DNA of 64,000 bases, from positions 372,001 to 436,000 of the forward strand of contig NIVC01000038.1 in the NCBI GenBank assembly GCA_002269645.1, read 5' to 3'. Position 1 is the stretch's first letter. Each line of letters begins with the position of its first letter. Position numbers and translations under genes: made by a program. Positions 34,736-46,000 of this stretch are shown piece by piece. This DNA is from Macrostomum lignano (lineage: Eukaryota). The notes under the pieces were generated by a model. The model saw only the letters and a program-made list of their open reading frames with translations, did not search any database and had not been told where the DNA came from.

Positions 34736-36964
34736 TTTTTCAGGCTGGAGAAAATTATTTTTGCTAAATGATGAATTATGTTATTAATATTACTAAATCT
34801 CACTCTGTACTTGAAAGTTTACCAAGAAAATTCATTATTGTAAGCATAAGTCGTTTTATAAACTATTTTAAATGTAATAAAACATGAAACTTGCTGATTT
34901 TTATGAAAGTATTCAGTTTTATAAACATTTTTTTATAAATCTACTATGAATTATTGTCGAAATCATTATAAGTCATGATTATTTTGTTTGCTAAGTTAAT
35001 ATTGGTAGTTCAAACCATTTAAAATTATTTTAATTATAGTATGCCTATTCTTAAAATGATGGACATAATGCCAAACTGATATGAAATGTTATAGTAAGTA
35101 ATAATAATTACCATCTATGTAAAGTCAATAAATGTATAATTACTTAAAAACCATAAAAATAATGTAATATACTAAATAAATTAATTTCTGAAGATAGTTT
35201 AGACTAACAGTAATATTACTACTTAATCTGCTTAAATTTTACGTCAATAATCACAACAATCACAACATTTAATATGGATATATACTCAGTCCAAAAAATA
35301 TATATGAAGCCTTAATAGCCTTAGCTAGCCATTTGATCTAGTTCCTAATTTAATGGTTTGTACAAACGAAGCTATAATGGTAAACTACTTCCGTGCATTA
35401 AGTAATCACTGCACGAATAGAATAGTACAAGTACAATTTCTGTGTATTATGGTATTTTACTCAAAGTCTTTCGCCTTCCTTGCTATGTATTCTATTATTT
35501 AAAATAAATGATTAGAATGTAGAACTCTAAACAATTAATGTTCTTGTTTGGCATACATTATCAAAACGTCGTAAGGAAGTAAGCAGTACTGTCGTTCGTT
35601 TGTAATAAACTCGAAATCAGATTTTTAAAGCAGAAACTAAAATAGTACGCTTTAAAGTTACTTAGCTACGGTGTTGAATAACAAAAAGTAGCTAAATTCT
35701 GTCAGATTATTACTACTTTTCTAAACTACTAATGATTTAAATTCTTATTATTTAGAATAAGTTAATTTATACTTTTAAAGCTGGATTAAAAATATCTGTT
35801 TTTGCCTGCATTTCGGTAACTTTCTCCCTCATGGGCATGCATAGATTCGCATTTACCAAAATACGAACATATACGCTTTTAATGAAAATATTTATCCGAG
35901 CCTGTCTTTCAGAAAAACGTACGGAATGTGATCTGAGCTTCGGGGAATGCTTTTCTTTATTTGAAAGTATTGGCTAAGAAGCAATTTTCCATGAGTGCAT
36001 TTTTGCACCAGAATTTATCCATAAACTTCCGGGTGGCATCAGTAATGACACCTGCTTATGCACCTTGTTTGATTCCTTAATAGTCAGTTCTATCCATAAT
36101 TTGTTGATTATAACTCTTTCAGTAATATTACAAGCCCCTATCATTGCTACATTCGACAGTATTGGCACGAGCCAGAAACCGGAGAAAGCCCCAAAGCAGC
36201 TACATGGCGCAATGAATCATCTATTACATTGCCTTAGTATACCCCGTGTGGATCAGTGGAGTCAAATGTATTTGTATCCAAATTCGGTACAAAACACAGC
36301 CAGCGAAAATTCAGTGACAGCGGCAGCAAACAATCAACAAACCACGAATTAATCGCTGTGAATGCGACAAATTTCAGAGGCTGCATCTATTTTTCACAGA
36401 AACATTTCCGCTGAAAGTCTGCATGCGGTTCTTCTTCATTTATTTTTCTGAATTAGGTGCTGCACTTTTAGCCCCCCGATGCGCAGCTTGTCCTCCGCAA
36501 TTGCTATGTTGGTTATCTGTGACATTTCTGACATGTTTATGGCATTGAAATCGAGAGCTGCAGTATTAGTAGGGCCCTGCTGCCGGCCGGGTGTGCAGGA
36601 TGGCGTTTGGTGCTTTGGTAGGGAAAGTTGGTAATCAGTCAGTTTATATACGAGGAATGGCCCCCTTGTTCGCTTTCTCCCCCTTCCCTAGGCTAAGCCT
36701 CCAGCAGGTTTTTATTCCCCTCAACAGAGAGTCGATCAAACAGTGCATGGTTTCCCAATCTTATAGCCGCGAAATGTCACCGAATTCCGCATGGGGACCT
36801 ACGTTTTTAACAGCAACTTCGTCTCTACACTGCGACTGACATTTTACCAACGGGGTATTTCTAGCAATACCTATATTGGCTTGGGTTTGAATTATCGTCA
36901 TGTACGTGACTGACTTAGGTTGCAATTAATGTATTGCTTTCGTATCACCTGCTTTTCCTTCCAC

Positions 36965-37705
36965 CCTTCCCACTCTCCTCTCTCCCCTCTCCTCTCTCCT
37001 CACTCCTCTCTTCTCCTCTATCCTTTCTTCCCTATCCTCTCTCCCCTCTCCTCTCTCCTCTCTCCCCTCTCCTCTCTTTTCTCTCCCCTATTCTTTCCTC
37101 CCTATCCTCTCTCCTGACTCCTCTCTCCTCTCTCCCTCTCCTTTCTTCCCTCTCCTCTCTCCCCTCTCCTCTCTTTTCTCTCCCCTATTCTTTCCTCCCT
37201 ATCCTCTCTCCTGACTCCTCTCTCCTCTCTCCCTCTCCTTTCTTCCCTCTCCTCTCTCCCCTCTCCTCTCTTTTCTCTCCCCTATTCTTTCCTCCCTATC
37301 CTCTCTCCTGACTCCTCTCTCCTCTCTCCCTCTCCTTTCTTCCCTCTCCTCTCTCCCCTCTCCTCTCTTTTCTCTCCCCTATTCTTTCCTCCCTATCCTC
37401 TCTCCTGACTCCTCTCTCCTCTCTCCCTCTCCTTTCTTCCCTCTCCTCTCTCCCCTCTCCTCTCGTCTCTCTCCCCTATTCTTTCCTCCCTATCCTCTCT
37501 CCTGACTCCTCTCTCCTCTCTCATCTCTCCTCTCTCCTCTCTCCTTTCTCCCCTCTCTTCTCTCCGCCTATCCTTTCTCCCCTATCCCTCTCCTCTCTCC
37601 TCTTTTTCCTCTCCTCTCTCCTCTTTCCTCTCTCCTATCTCCCATCTCTCTCTCCTCTCTCCTCTCTCCCTATCCTCTCTTCCCTCTCCTCTTCCCCCTC
37701 TCTCA
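36965..37705. repeat. CT-rich tract with 97-bp period (~5 copies)
   Basis: cctgactcc marker recurs at 37113, 37210, 37307, 37404, 37501. Confidence 0.88.
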
Positions 37706-38432
37706 TCTATCGTCTGCATGCCCTCTACCCAATCTTCAATCTCCTCTTTAACACCCCTCCAATCATCTATCTAACAAGTCGCTGAATTCGATCGCAAGCC
37801 TCTGCACTACGAGTATCAGATTTGAACTGAATAGCCGTATTACTCTCTACCCTCTCCATACAAAGTCGCACAAACGATGTGTCCAGATCTCTTGTCTGTT
37901 CGGTCTGTCGGAATGAAAACAAGAATTTGCATTTTTAATTAGGCATCTGACTAATTAAGTCAAACTTATCGAGTTACAACCCGCGAGTTCTGTCTTGATG
38001 ATTTGGTTAATCTTGACTATAGAAGTCCCTTTAGAAGGGAAACTGCGTCAGTTCATTTCGAAGGCCAGCAACAGCCAATGAGAGACTGACCAGTCGAACA
38101 CTTTACTCCCATTGGTTGATGGCAGTTCGAGCAACAGGGCAACTCCACAGACTGCAAACCTGTCAAGTTTAAAGAGGCTTTTCACTAGAAAATCAAGAGA
38201 ACTGACTCGAACCTTGTAATCTAACTAAACGCAATAATATTGTAGAATTTTGAATCATATGGACCGCTGGGCTGATTAAGTAAACGAGTTTGGTTAAAAT
38301 TATTCAAAGCATAAGGTAAGTCAGTCTAATCTAATAATTCATTTTTATTCTTAAAATTTTTATCATAAAATTGCAGCATAAATACCGGTATTAAAATGAA
38401 GACTTAAATGAAAATATTTTGACAGATAAAGA

Positions 38433-38940
38433 AGGGCGCCAAATCCAAAATGAGAATCAGATGGTGAAGACGCCAAATCCAATATGAGAATCAGATGCCG
38501 AAGGCGCCAAATCCAATATGAGAATCAGATGCCGAAGGCGCCAAATCCAATATGAGAATCAGATGCCGAAGGCGCCAAATCCAATATGAGAATCAGATGG
38601 CGAAGGCGCCAAATCCAAAATAAGAATCAGATGGTGAAGGCGCCTAATCCATAATAACAATCAGAGAGATGGTGCCAAATCCATAATAGGAATCAGAGAG
38701 GTGGCGCCAAATCCAATACAAGAATCAGAGGTGGCGCCAAATCCAATACAGGAATCAGAGGTGGCGCCAAATCCAATACAGGAATCAGAGGTGGCGCCAA
38801 ATCCAATACAAGAATCAGAGGTGGCGCCAAATCCAATACAAGAATCAGAGGTGGCGCCAAATCCAATACAAGAATCAGAGGTTGGCGCCAAATCCAATAC
38901 AAGAATCAGAGGTGGCGCCAAATCAAATACAGGAATCAGA
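38433..38940. repeat. Minisatellite switching from a 34-bp to a 30-bp unit
   Basis: gaaggcgccaaatccaatatgagaatcagatgcc, then gtggcgccaaatccaatacaagaatcagag. Confidence 0.9.
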
Positions 38941-39195
38941 GTGCGAAGGAGCCAATTTCAAAATCAGCAGAGGATTCAAACAGGTTGGAAATCAGTTAGA
39001 ACAAGCAGTCTTTGTTCAACACGGTCTTGCAGTTTTGAACCCCACCAGCAGCATATTATCATACTCGTATCAATACAAAATCTCCACTATAATATTAAGA
39101 CGGTTTATATATAAGTATATAAAAAGACAAAATTTCCCAAAGGAGTGTCGGGCTGGAGACACACAACCGAAAACCAGCTGACAGATTGAATTCTA

Positions 39196-39228
<33 letters not shown>

Positions 39229-40094
39229 CTCCCTCGCGGATTCGCTGAGCAGCAATCAAACTGAGTGAAGCTCGGCGTCAGAAGCTTCATCCGTTAATTA
39301 TTCATCACAGGCCCTCGGGAGCCTGGCGTGGGTCAGTTTTCAAAATCGCTAAGAAGACAGCTTCTTAGATCAGCTGGATCTAAGAATCCCAATCTAAGAT
39401 CAGCTGGGCGGCTGACCCTACAGCTTAGAGCCCGCGTCTTCTTCAGATTTTTTTGTTGCGTCTCAAGGAAACCTCATGCAGGTTTTTTCTCCTACTATAG
39501 CTGCATATCGCTTGCGTAACAGCTGAGAGCTTTGCCTTCTCGGTTACGGAGAATGGATACAGCTTGTGAGCACACATACTGCCCCGAATGAATCGGCCAT
39601 AACGTAATTGGAGAAATTCCAACAGCTAGATGACGATGTTTTATAATGATGAGGCATGAAGTCAGATTACATGCAAGTCTTTACTGTATTAGTAGCTACG
39701 ATATGAAAATCAATAAATAGAGAAAAACTTTGACGCGATAAAGTCAGTCAGTTAGGAAATATTGGCTGTCAGTTAAAGCTGGAGCTACGATATTACAGAC
39801 CCCTTACCGCAACAATTTCTCTAATGAAAAATTTCTATTCCTATACTCTGCAAGATGGACAAGGTTTTTTCCTGCTCAGCTCAGATCGCTGAGAGAAATT
39901 GGAAATCAAAATGTGAGACGCTGCTCAGGATTAGATTGGCAGCTTGAGAAAGCGTGCCAGCTGCCAAGTGACTGACAGGCAGATTAAAACACTGCAGGAG
40001 GAGGCTGAGGGGAGAGACGCCACGTATCGCCTTATTTAAGACACCACAACAGCTCAGCTTTCCTCATCTTTCTCTCTGTCTACAGTGTGACAAG

Positions 40095-43000
40095 ATGGTC
40101 GCCAGAATGTCGCACCTGTCGAGTCTGATGCTGCTACTGCTGCTGCCTCTGATGCTCAGTGCCTCAGCGCCATCTCCAGACGTGACGGTGACTCTACCTG
40201 AAGGCTCCCCGCCCGGCACCCAGGTGGTCAATTTGGCCAACCGATTGAAAGCTCAACCAGGCGAAATCGAGCGATTTTTCATGCTCAACGAACAGACAGA
40301 CGGGCAACTGCTCAGCCTGGATTCGAGCTCCGGGGTGGTGAAAACTCGACGCCAGATTGACCGCGACATCATCGCTCGGGCCATCGGACGGCCGTGCGAG
40401 TCGCAGTGCGAGCTGTCAGTCATGGTGCACGCTCAGTGGCGCGGCCGCCCGGCCCAGCTGCTCACCCTCCGCCTGGAGCTGCAGGCGCAGAACAATCACC
40501 AGCCGGAGTTTCGCGTGGTCAATCGTCAGGTGGAAGTCAGCGAGTTGGCTGAGGTCAACCGGACCAGCGTCAGCCTGCCGTTCCTTGTGCTGGACCGCGA
40601 CTCGCCGAGGTTTGGCCTGCGGAAGTTTCGCCTCGCCTTGCCAGCCGATGCCGCCTCTGACGACGACGCTGTCAGCGTGTTCGACGTTGAACCGCGTCGG
40701 CTAACGGCTAAGGACGTCGCTGAGCCGGTGCGGGTCAGTCTGCTTCTGCGGAGGCCGCTCGATCGGGAGACTCGCGCCGCCTACCGACTCGTCCTGGTCG
40801 CAACGGACGCTGGCGAACCGCCCAAGACCGGCACCCTGACCTTCACTGTCACCGTCCGAGACGAGAACGATAACCAGCCGGAGTGGACCAGCTCTGAGCT
40901 GGAGTTCAACATCTCCGAGGCCGCCCCGGCTGGCTACTTAGTCACCCAGCTGCGCGCCAAGGATGCCGACGCGGGTCAAAACGGACGCATCGTCTACCGC
41001 TTCAACGAGGCCCAGACGGATAGCCTCGCATTGCAGAGCTTCGATCTGGACGCCGTGACTGGGCAGCTGAGGGTCGGCCGAGCTGCCCGCCTGGACTTTG
41101 AGCGGCACCGCGTCTTCCGCCTGCCTGTCATTGCTCGAGACCAGGGCTTCCCGGCCAAGCAGGCCGAGGCTCTGGTCACCGTCCGACTGCTGGACGAGAA
41201 TGACGAAACTCCCAGCATCCGGGCGAACGGCATCGCCTCGGCTGCTGGCGGCGTCTCCTCGTCGAGAAACCCGCCGCTGACCGTCTCGGAGAATCGTCGC
41301 GCCGGTGAGCTGGTCGGCTATGTGATGGCCACCGACCGGGACTCTGGCGAGAACAGCCGCGTCACCTGCCGCCTGGCCCAGGCCTCCCAGCTGGCCTTGA
41401 ACCTGGAACAGAGCCAGGACAGCCTCTCTGTCTACCGGCTGGTCACCAAGTTGGAGCTGGACAGAGAGCGGGACCGACAAGTGACGGACACGGTGATCTG
41501 TTCGGACGCTGGCCGGCCCTCGCGCACCGCTAGCCAGCAGCTGCGGGTGACGCTTCTAGACGAGAACGACAGCCCGCCAGTGTTTGAGCAGCCGGCCTAC
41601 GGCATGGAGCTTGAGGAGGAGCAGGAGCCCGGCAGTCACATCGGCCGCGTGACCGCTCGCGACCCCGACGAGGCTGGCGAGCTGAAATACTCGCTGGACC
41701 CCGAGGGCGACCGGCTGGTCAGCATTGACGAGTCCAGCGGGCTCATCCGGTCCCGGCAGCGGTTCGACCGCGAGAGCAAAGACCGCTACCGGTTCCAGGT
41801 GAGAGTCACCGACGGCGCCCACTGGGCCAACGCCAGCGTGGAACTCGTCATCCGAGACACCAACGACCACTGGCCGGAGTGGACCGGCCGGCATGACCTG
41901 AGCGTGACGGAGAACTCACCGGCTGGCACCTTCGTCGGCCGGCTGACAGCCACCGACGCCGACATTGGCGACAACGGTCGAGTCGGCTACGCCATCCTGC
42001 CGCCCAGCCTGCACTTCGAGATCCGGCCAGACGGTGGCGTGTTCACCCGGACCAGCCGGCTAGATCGGGAGCTCACGCCCGTGCTCGAGATCAACGTCAC
42101 CGCGCACGACTACGGCCGGCCGCGGCGCCAGTCGCGTTGGGAGTTGCTGCAGGTCCGCCTGCTCGACGTCAACGACAATTCGCCGAGCTTCGCTTTCCCC
42201 AGCGGCGTCAACAACCGCGTCAATGTCTCCTGCCGCGAGGCCGCCAACACCGTCGTGGCAACGTTGAGCGCCACCGACCCGGACGAGGCGGAGAACGGCA
42301 GCGTGAGCTACAACATGACCCAGGACGGCTGGCAGGCGGGCTTCGGCCTGGACCCCCGCCAGGGCCACCTGCTGCTCGTCAGGTCGCTGGAGTGCCGGCA
42401 GAGCAGCCTGGCTTTGAAAGTGACAGCCAGCGATGCCGGCAGCCCGCCTCGGAGCTCCATGCGGGTGCTGCTGGTGTCGGTGTCGGACGGACCGCCAGAT
42501 GTTGGAATCAGCCGAGGAGGCAGCAGAGGCGGAGGAGGCGGCGAGGGAGGCCAAACTTCAAGCAGCGGCCGCGGCGGTCGCAGAAGCGGCGTCAATGGAG
42601 CCAAAGGCGGCCGCGGCGGCCACCCGGACTTGGACTCGGAGGCCACCAGCTTGACTGCTATTGTCGGCCTGATGATCGCCACTGGGGTGCTCATTGTGGT
42701 GCTCGTATTTGCCGTCTGCCTGCTCAGGCGGCGAGCCGGCATGGCCGCTGCGGGGACAGTCGCGGGTTCGAGTCTGAGAGCGTCGGGTAAGTCGATGGTT
42801 GACAGTCGAGTATTTCTGCTGCTTTCTAATTTGATATTCGTCCTCGTGCTTGCTTCAATTTTTTCCGCCCTCAAATCCGCGCTTGCACTTTTTAAGAATT
42901 TTCTTCCCGTTTCCGCTGTAACAAATTCACCCCTGCTTTCTACTCCCTCTCATCCGCCCCCCCCCAATTTTCCGCTCCACTCTCATCCGTTTCCGCCCCC

Positions 43001-46000
43001 ATTTTCCGCTCCCCTCTCATCCGTTTCCGCCCCCATTTTCCGCTCCCCTCTCATCCGTTTCCGCCCCCATTTTCCTCTCCCCTCTCCACCATTTTCCGCT
43101 CCCCTCTCATCCGTTTCCTCCCCTAAATGCCGCTCCCCACTCAAACATTTCCGCCTACATTTATCGCTCCCAGAATAGTCCACTCTATTTAACCGGTCCT
43201 GGTGTCTCCCAGAGTTTGTATTCTCTCCACAACTAATTTATGGTAACTATTTAGTTACAAAGGATTTAAAATTAAAATCACCGCTATTTAATAGCACCAT
43301 TAAGATTTCCTAGCATGTGTTTGCAAGTCAAATATTCAATCTCCGATAACTAACGCCACGCTTCATAGCGAAAAAAACTCGAACTTCAGTCACGTTCTCT
43401 TTTGAAAAAAAGCTATATTCGAAAACTGCAAATCCACCCCCCTCACCAATGCATTTCTGATGTGTCTCGTCTGATATAATTCACTAAATGCGTAGGTTGG
43501 GTAGGTTCCACTAATGCTATAGGAAGCGTCAAATCTTGGTTTCCCCTCGGTTTGTCAAGACAGACCAAGGCAAATAAGCGACTGCCAAGGGGGACCAGAA
43601 CGCTCCCAGATCCCCAGCCACCCCCAATCCCCAACGCATCAGCTGCAACAACAATTGACTGGGAGTGGGAACGTGACGGAAGCCCGGTTTAAACAAAGTA
43701 ATTCGTTTATTAGAAACGAACGTGGCGTATGGAGGGCCTCTTTAAAAGCCGCTTATAGTTAATGTTCAATATGCTTCTTTCTTCCTAACGATTAATGATT
43801 AATCCTTACAATTCTTTAGTTTTTTTATAAACCCTCTATTGAAAATGGAATCTTCTTCTAATCGATCAAAAGTCACGATCTTGCCAGCCGTCTCTTTCTC
43901 TCTTTGCTTTCACTCTGCAAAGCAAAGCTGGGGAACTAAGAACCCAGAACTGTGTCCCCCAGCTTATGCGAGTAGATTTTTTCCCACAATGTTTGATCTG
44001 CATTAAAACTGAATGCTGGTTATGAGAATGGTTGCCACTTTGCTTTCTGAGTTTCTGTGGCTAACCACGTCATTTTCTTTAAAGTTGCGGTGATTTAATT
44101 GAAAATTGAGCGGCTTGGCTGCTTTGGACATTTCACGGAAAAAGACGAAAATTGGTCTTTACCTCTCAGATCCTCAGTCTTTGGGCCAGCCTCCCAGATC
44201 CTCAGTTTCTGGGCCAGCCTCCCAAATCCTCAGTCTTTGGGCCAGCCTCCCAGATCCTCAGTTGCTGGGCCAGCCTCCCAGATCCTCAGTTGCTGGACCA
44301 GCCTCCCAGATCCTCAGTTGCTTGGCCAGCCTCCCAGATCCTCAGTTGCTGGACCAGCCTCCCAGATCCTCAGTTGCTGAGCCAGCCTCCCAGATCCTCA
44401 GTTGCCGGGCCAGCCTCCCAGATCCTCAGCTGCTGAGCCAGCCTCCCAGATCCTCAGTCTCTGAGCCAGCCTCCCAGATCCTCAGTTGCTGGGCCAGCCT
44501 CCCAGATCCTCAGTTGCTGGGCCAGCCTCCCAGATCCTCAGTTGCTGGACCAGCCTCCCAGATCCTCAGTTGCTTGGCCAGCCTCCCAGATCCTCAGTTG
44601 CTGGACCAGCCTCCCAGATCCTCAGTTGCTGAGCCAGCCTCCCAGATCCTCAGTTGCCGGGCCAGCCTCCCAGATCCTCAGCTGCTGAGCCAGCCTCCCA
44701 GATCCTCAGTTGCTGGACCAGCCTCCCAGATCCTCAGTTGCTGAGCCAGCCTCCCAGATCCTCAGTTGCCGGGCCAGCCTCCCAGATCCTCAGCTGCTGA
44801 GCCAGCCTCCCAGATCCTCAGTCTCTGAGCCAGCCTCCCAGATCCTCAGTTGCTGGGCCAGCCTCCCAGATCCTCAGTTGCTGGGCCAGCCTCCCAGATC
44901 CTCAGTTGCTGGACCAGCCTCCCAGATCCTCAGTTGCTTGGCCAGCCTCCCAGATCCTCAGTTGCTGGACCAGCCTCCCAGATCCTCAGTTGCTGAGCCA
45001 GCCTCCCAGATCCTCAGTTGCCGGGCCAGCCTCCCAGATCCTCAGCTGCTGAGCCAGCCTCCCAGATCCTCAGTTGCTGGGCCAGCCTCCCAGATCCTCA
45101 GTCTCTGAGCCAGCCTCCCAGATCCTCAGTTGCTGGGCCAGCCTCCCAGATCCTCAGTTGCCGTACCAGCCTTTACACTAGAATCAAAGTGATCACTAAT
45201 TAAATACTTTGCTACACAAACACTGCACTGCAGTCATTAACTAGTTGTTAACACAGCAGTGACAGAGGACAAAACAGTTTCACTTCTCCTTAACACGGGC
45301 TCAGTAAGTCAGTCGCATTTTCTAGGCGAACATCGCGCCTGTCGCATCGCCAGCTGGAAGCAGCCCCTCCCCCCCCATGACCGCCCCGTCCCGTCCCGAG
45401 GGAATGCACGGCCCACCTCCCTCCCTCCTTAAGTCCCTCCCTCTTTTTCTATCTAAAGAAAATAAACAGAGCCATGGGGTCGCCCGACAGCATTGAATCT
45501 TTTCGGGTCCAAACTTTTTTCTATTGCGCACACTTTTTAGGGCACAGCCACTCTTATAAACTTCTGGATTTGCTTCGATTCACCATAGCATCAGTGCACG
45601 GTAGCGGCAGGTATTTGCACTGTTGTTTATGTTTTGCTAGTGATCCGGGTAGTGGTTTGGCTTCGTGATAATCTGTCACAGCTGAGGATCTGGGAGGCTG
45701 GCCCAGCATCTGAGGATCTGGGAGGCTGGTGGCCAAACAACTGGGGATCTGGGAGGCTGGCTCAGCAGCTGAGGATCTGGGAGGCTGGCCCAGAGACTGA
45801 GGATCTGGGAGGCTGGCCCAGCAACTGAGGATCTGGGAGGCTGGTGGCCAAGCAACTGGGGATCTGGAAGGCTGGCTCAGCAGCTGAGGATCTGGGAGGC
45901 TGGCCCAGCAACTGAGGATCTGGGAGGCTGGCCCAGAGACTGAGGATCTGGGAGGCTGGCCCAGAAACCGAGGATCTGGGAGGCTGGCCCAGAGACTGAG

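Noticed and set aside
35970-36850. Short ORFs between ARMC3 and the protocadherin
   Set aside because: AT-rich, no recognisable motifs; faint transposase-like words only.
42787-43178. C-terminal extension of the 1027-aa cadherin ORF (second hydrophobic stretch, Pro-rich tail)
   Set aside because: Read-through past a strong GTAAGT donor into intronic repeat; downstream exons restore a coherent tail.
45328-45432. Alternative protocadherin terminal exon after ttttctAG
   Set aside because: In-phase short frame exists, but it is low-complexity with no further support.
45930-45975. Hammerhead-like CTGAGGA...GAAAC within the 28-bp repeat
   Set aside because: Stem II does not close in register before GAAA, stems I and III are absent, and GAAAC occurs in a single variant unit.
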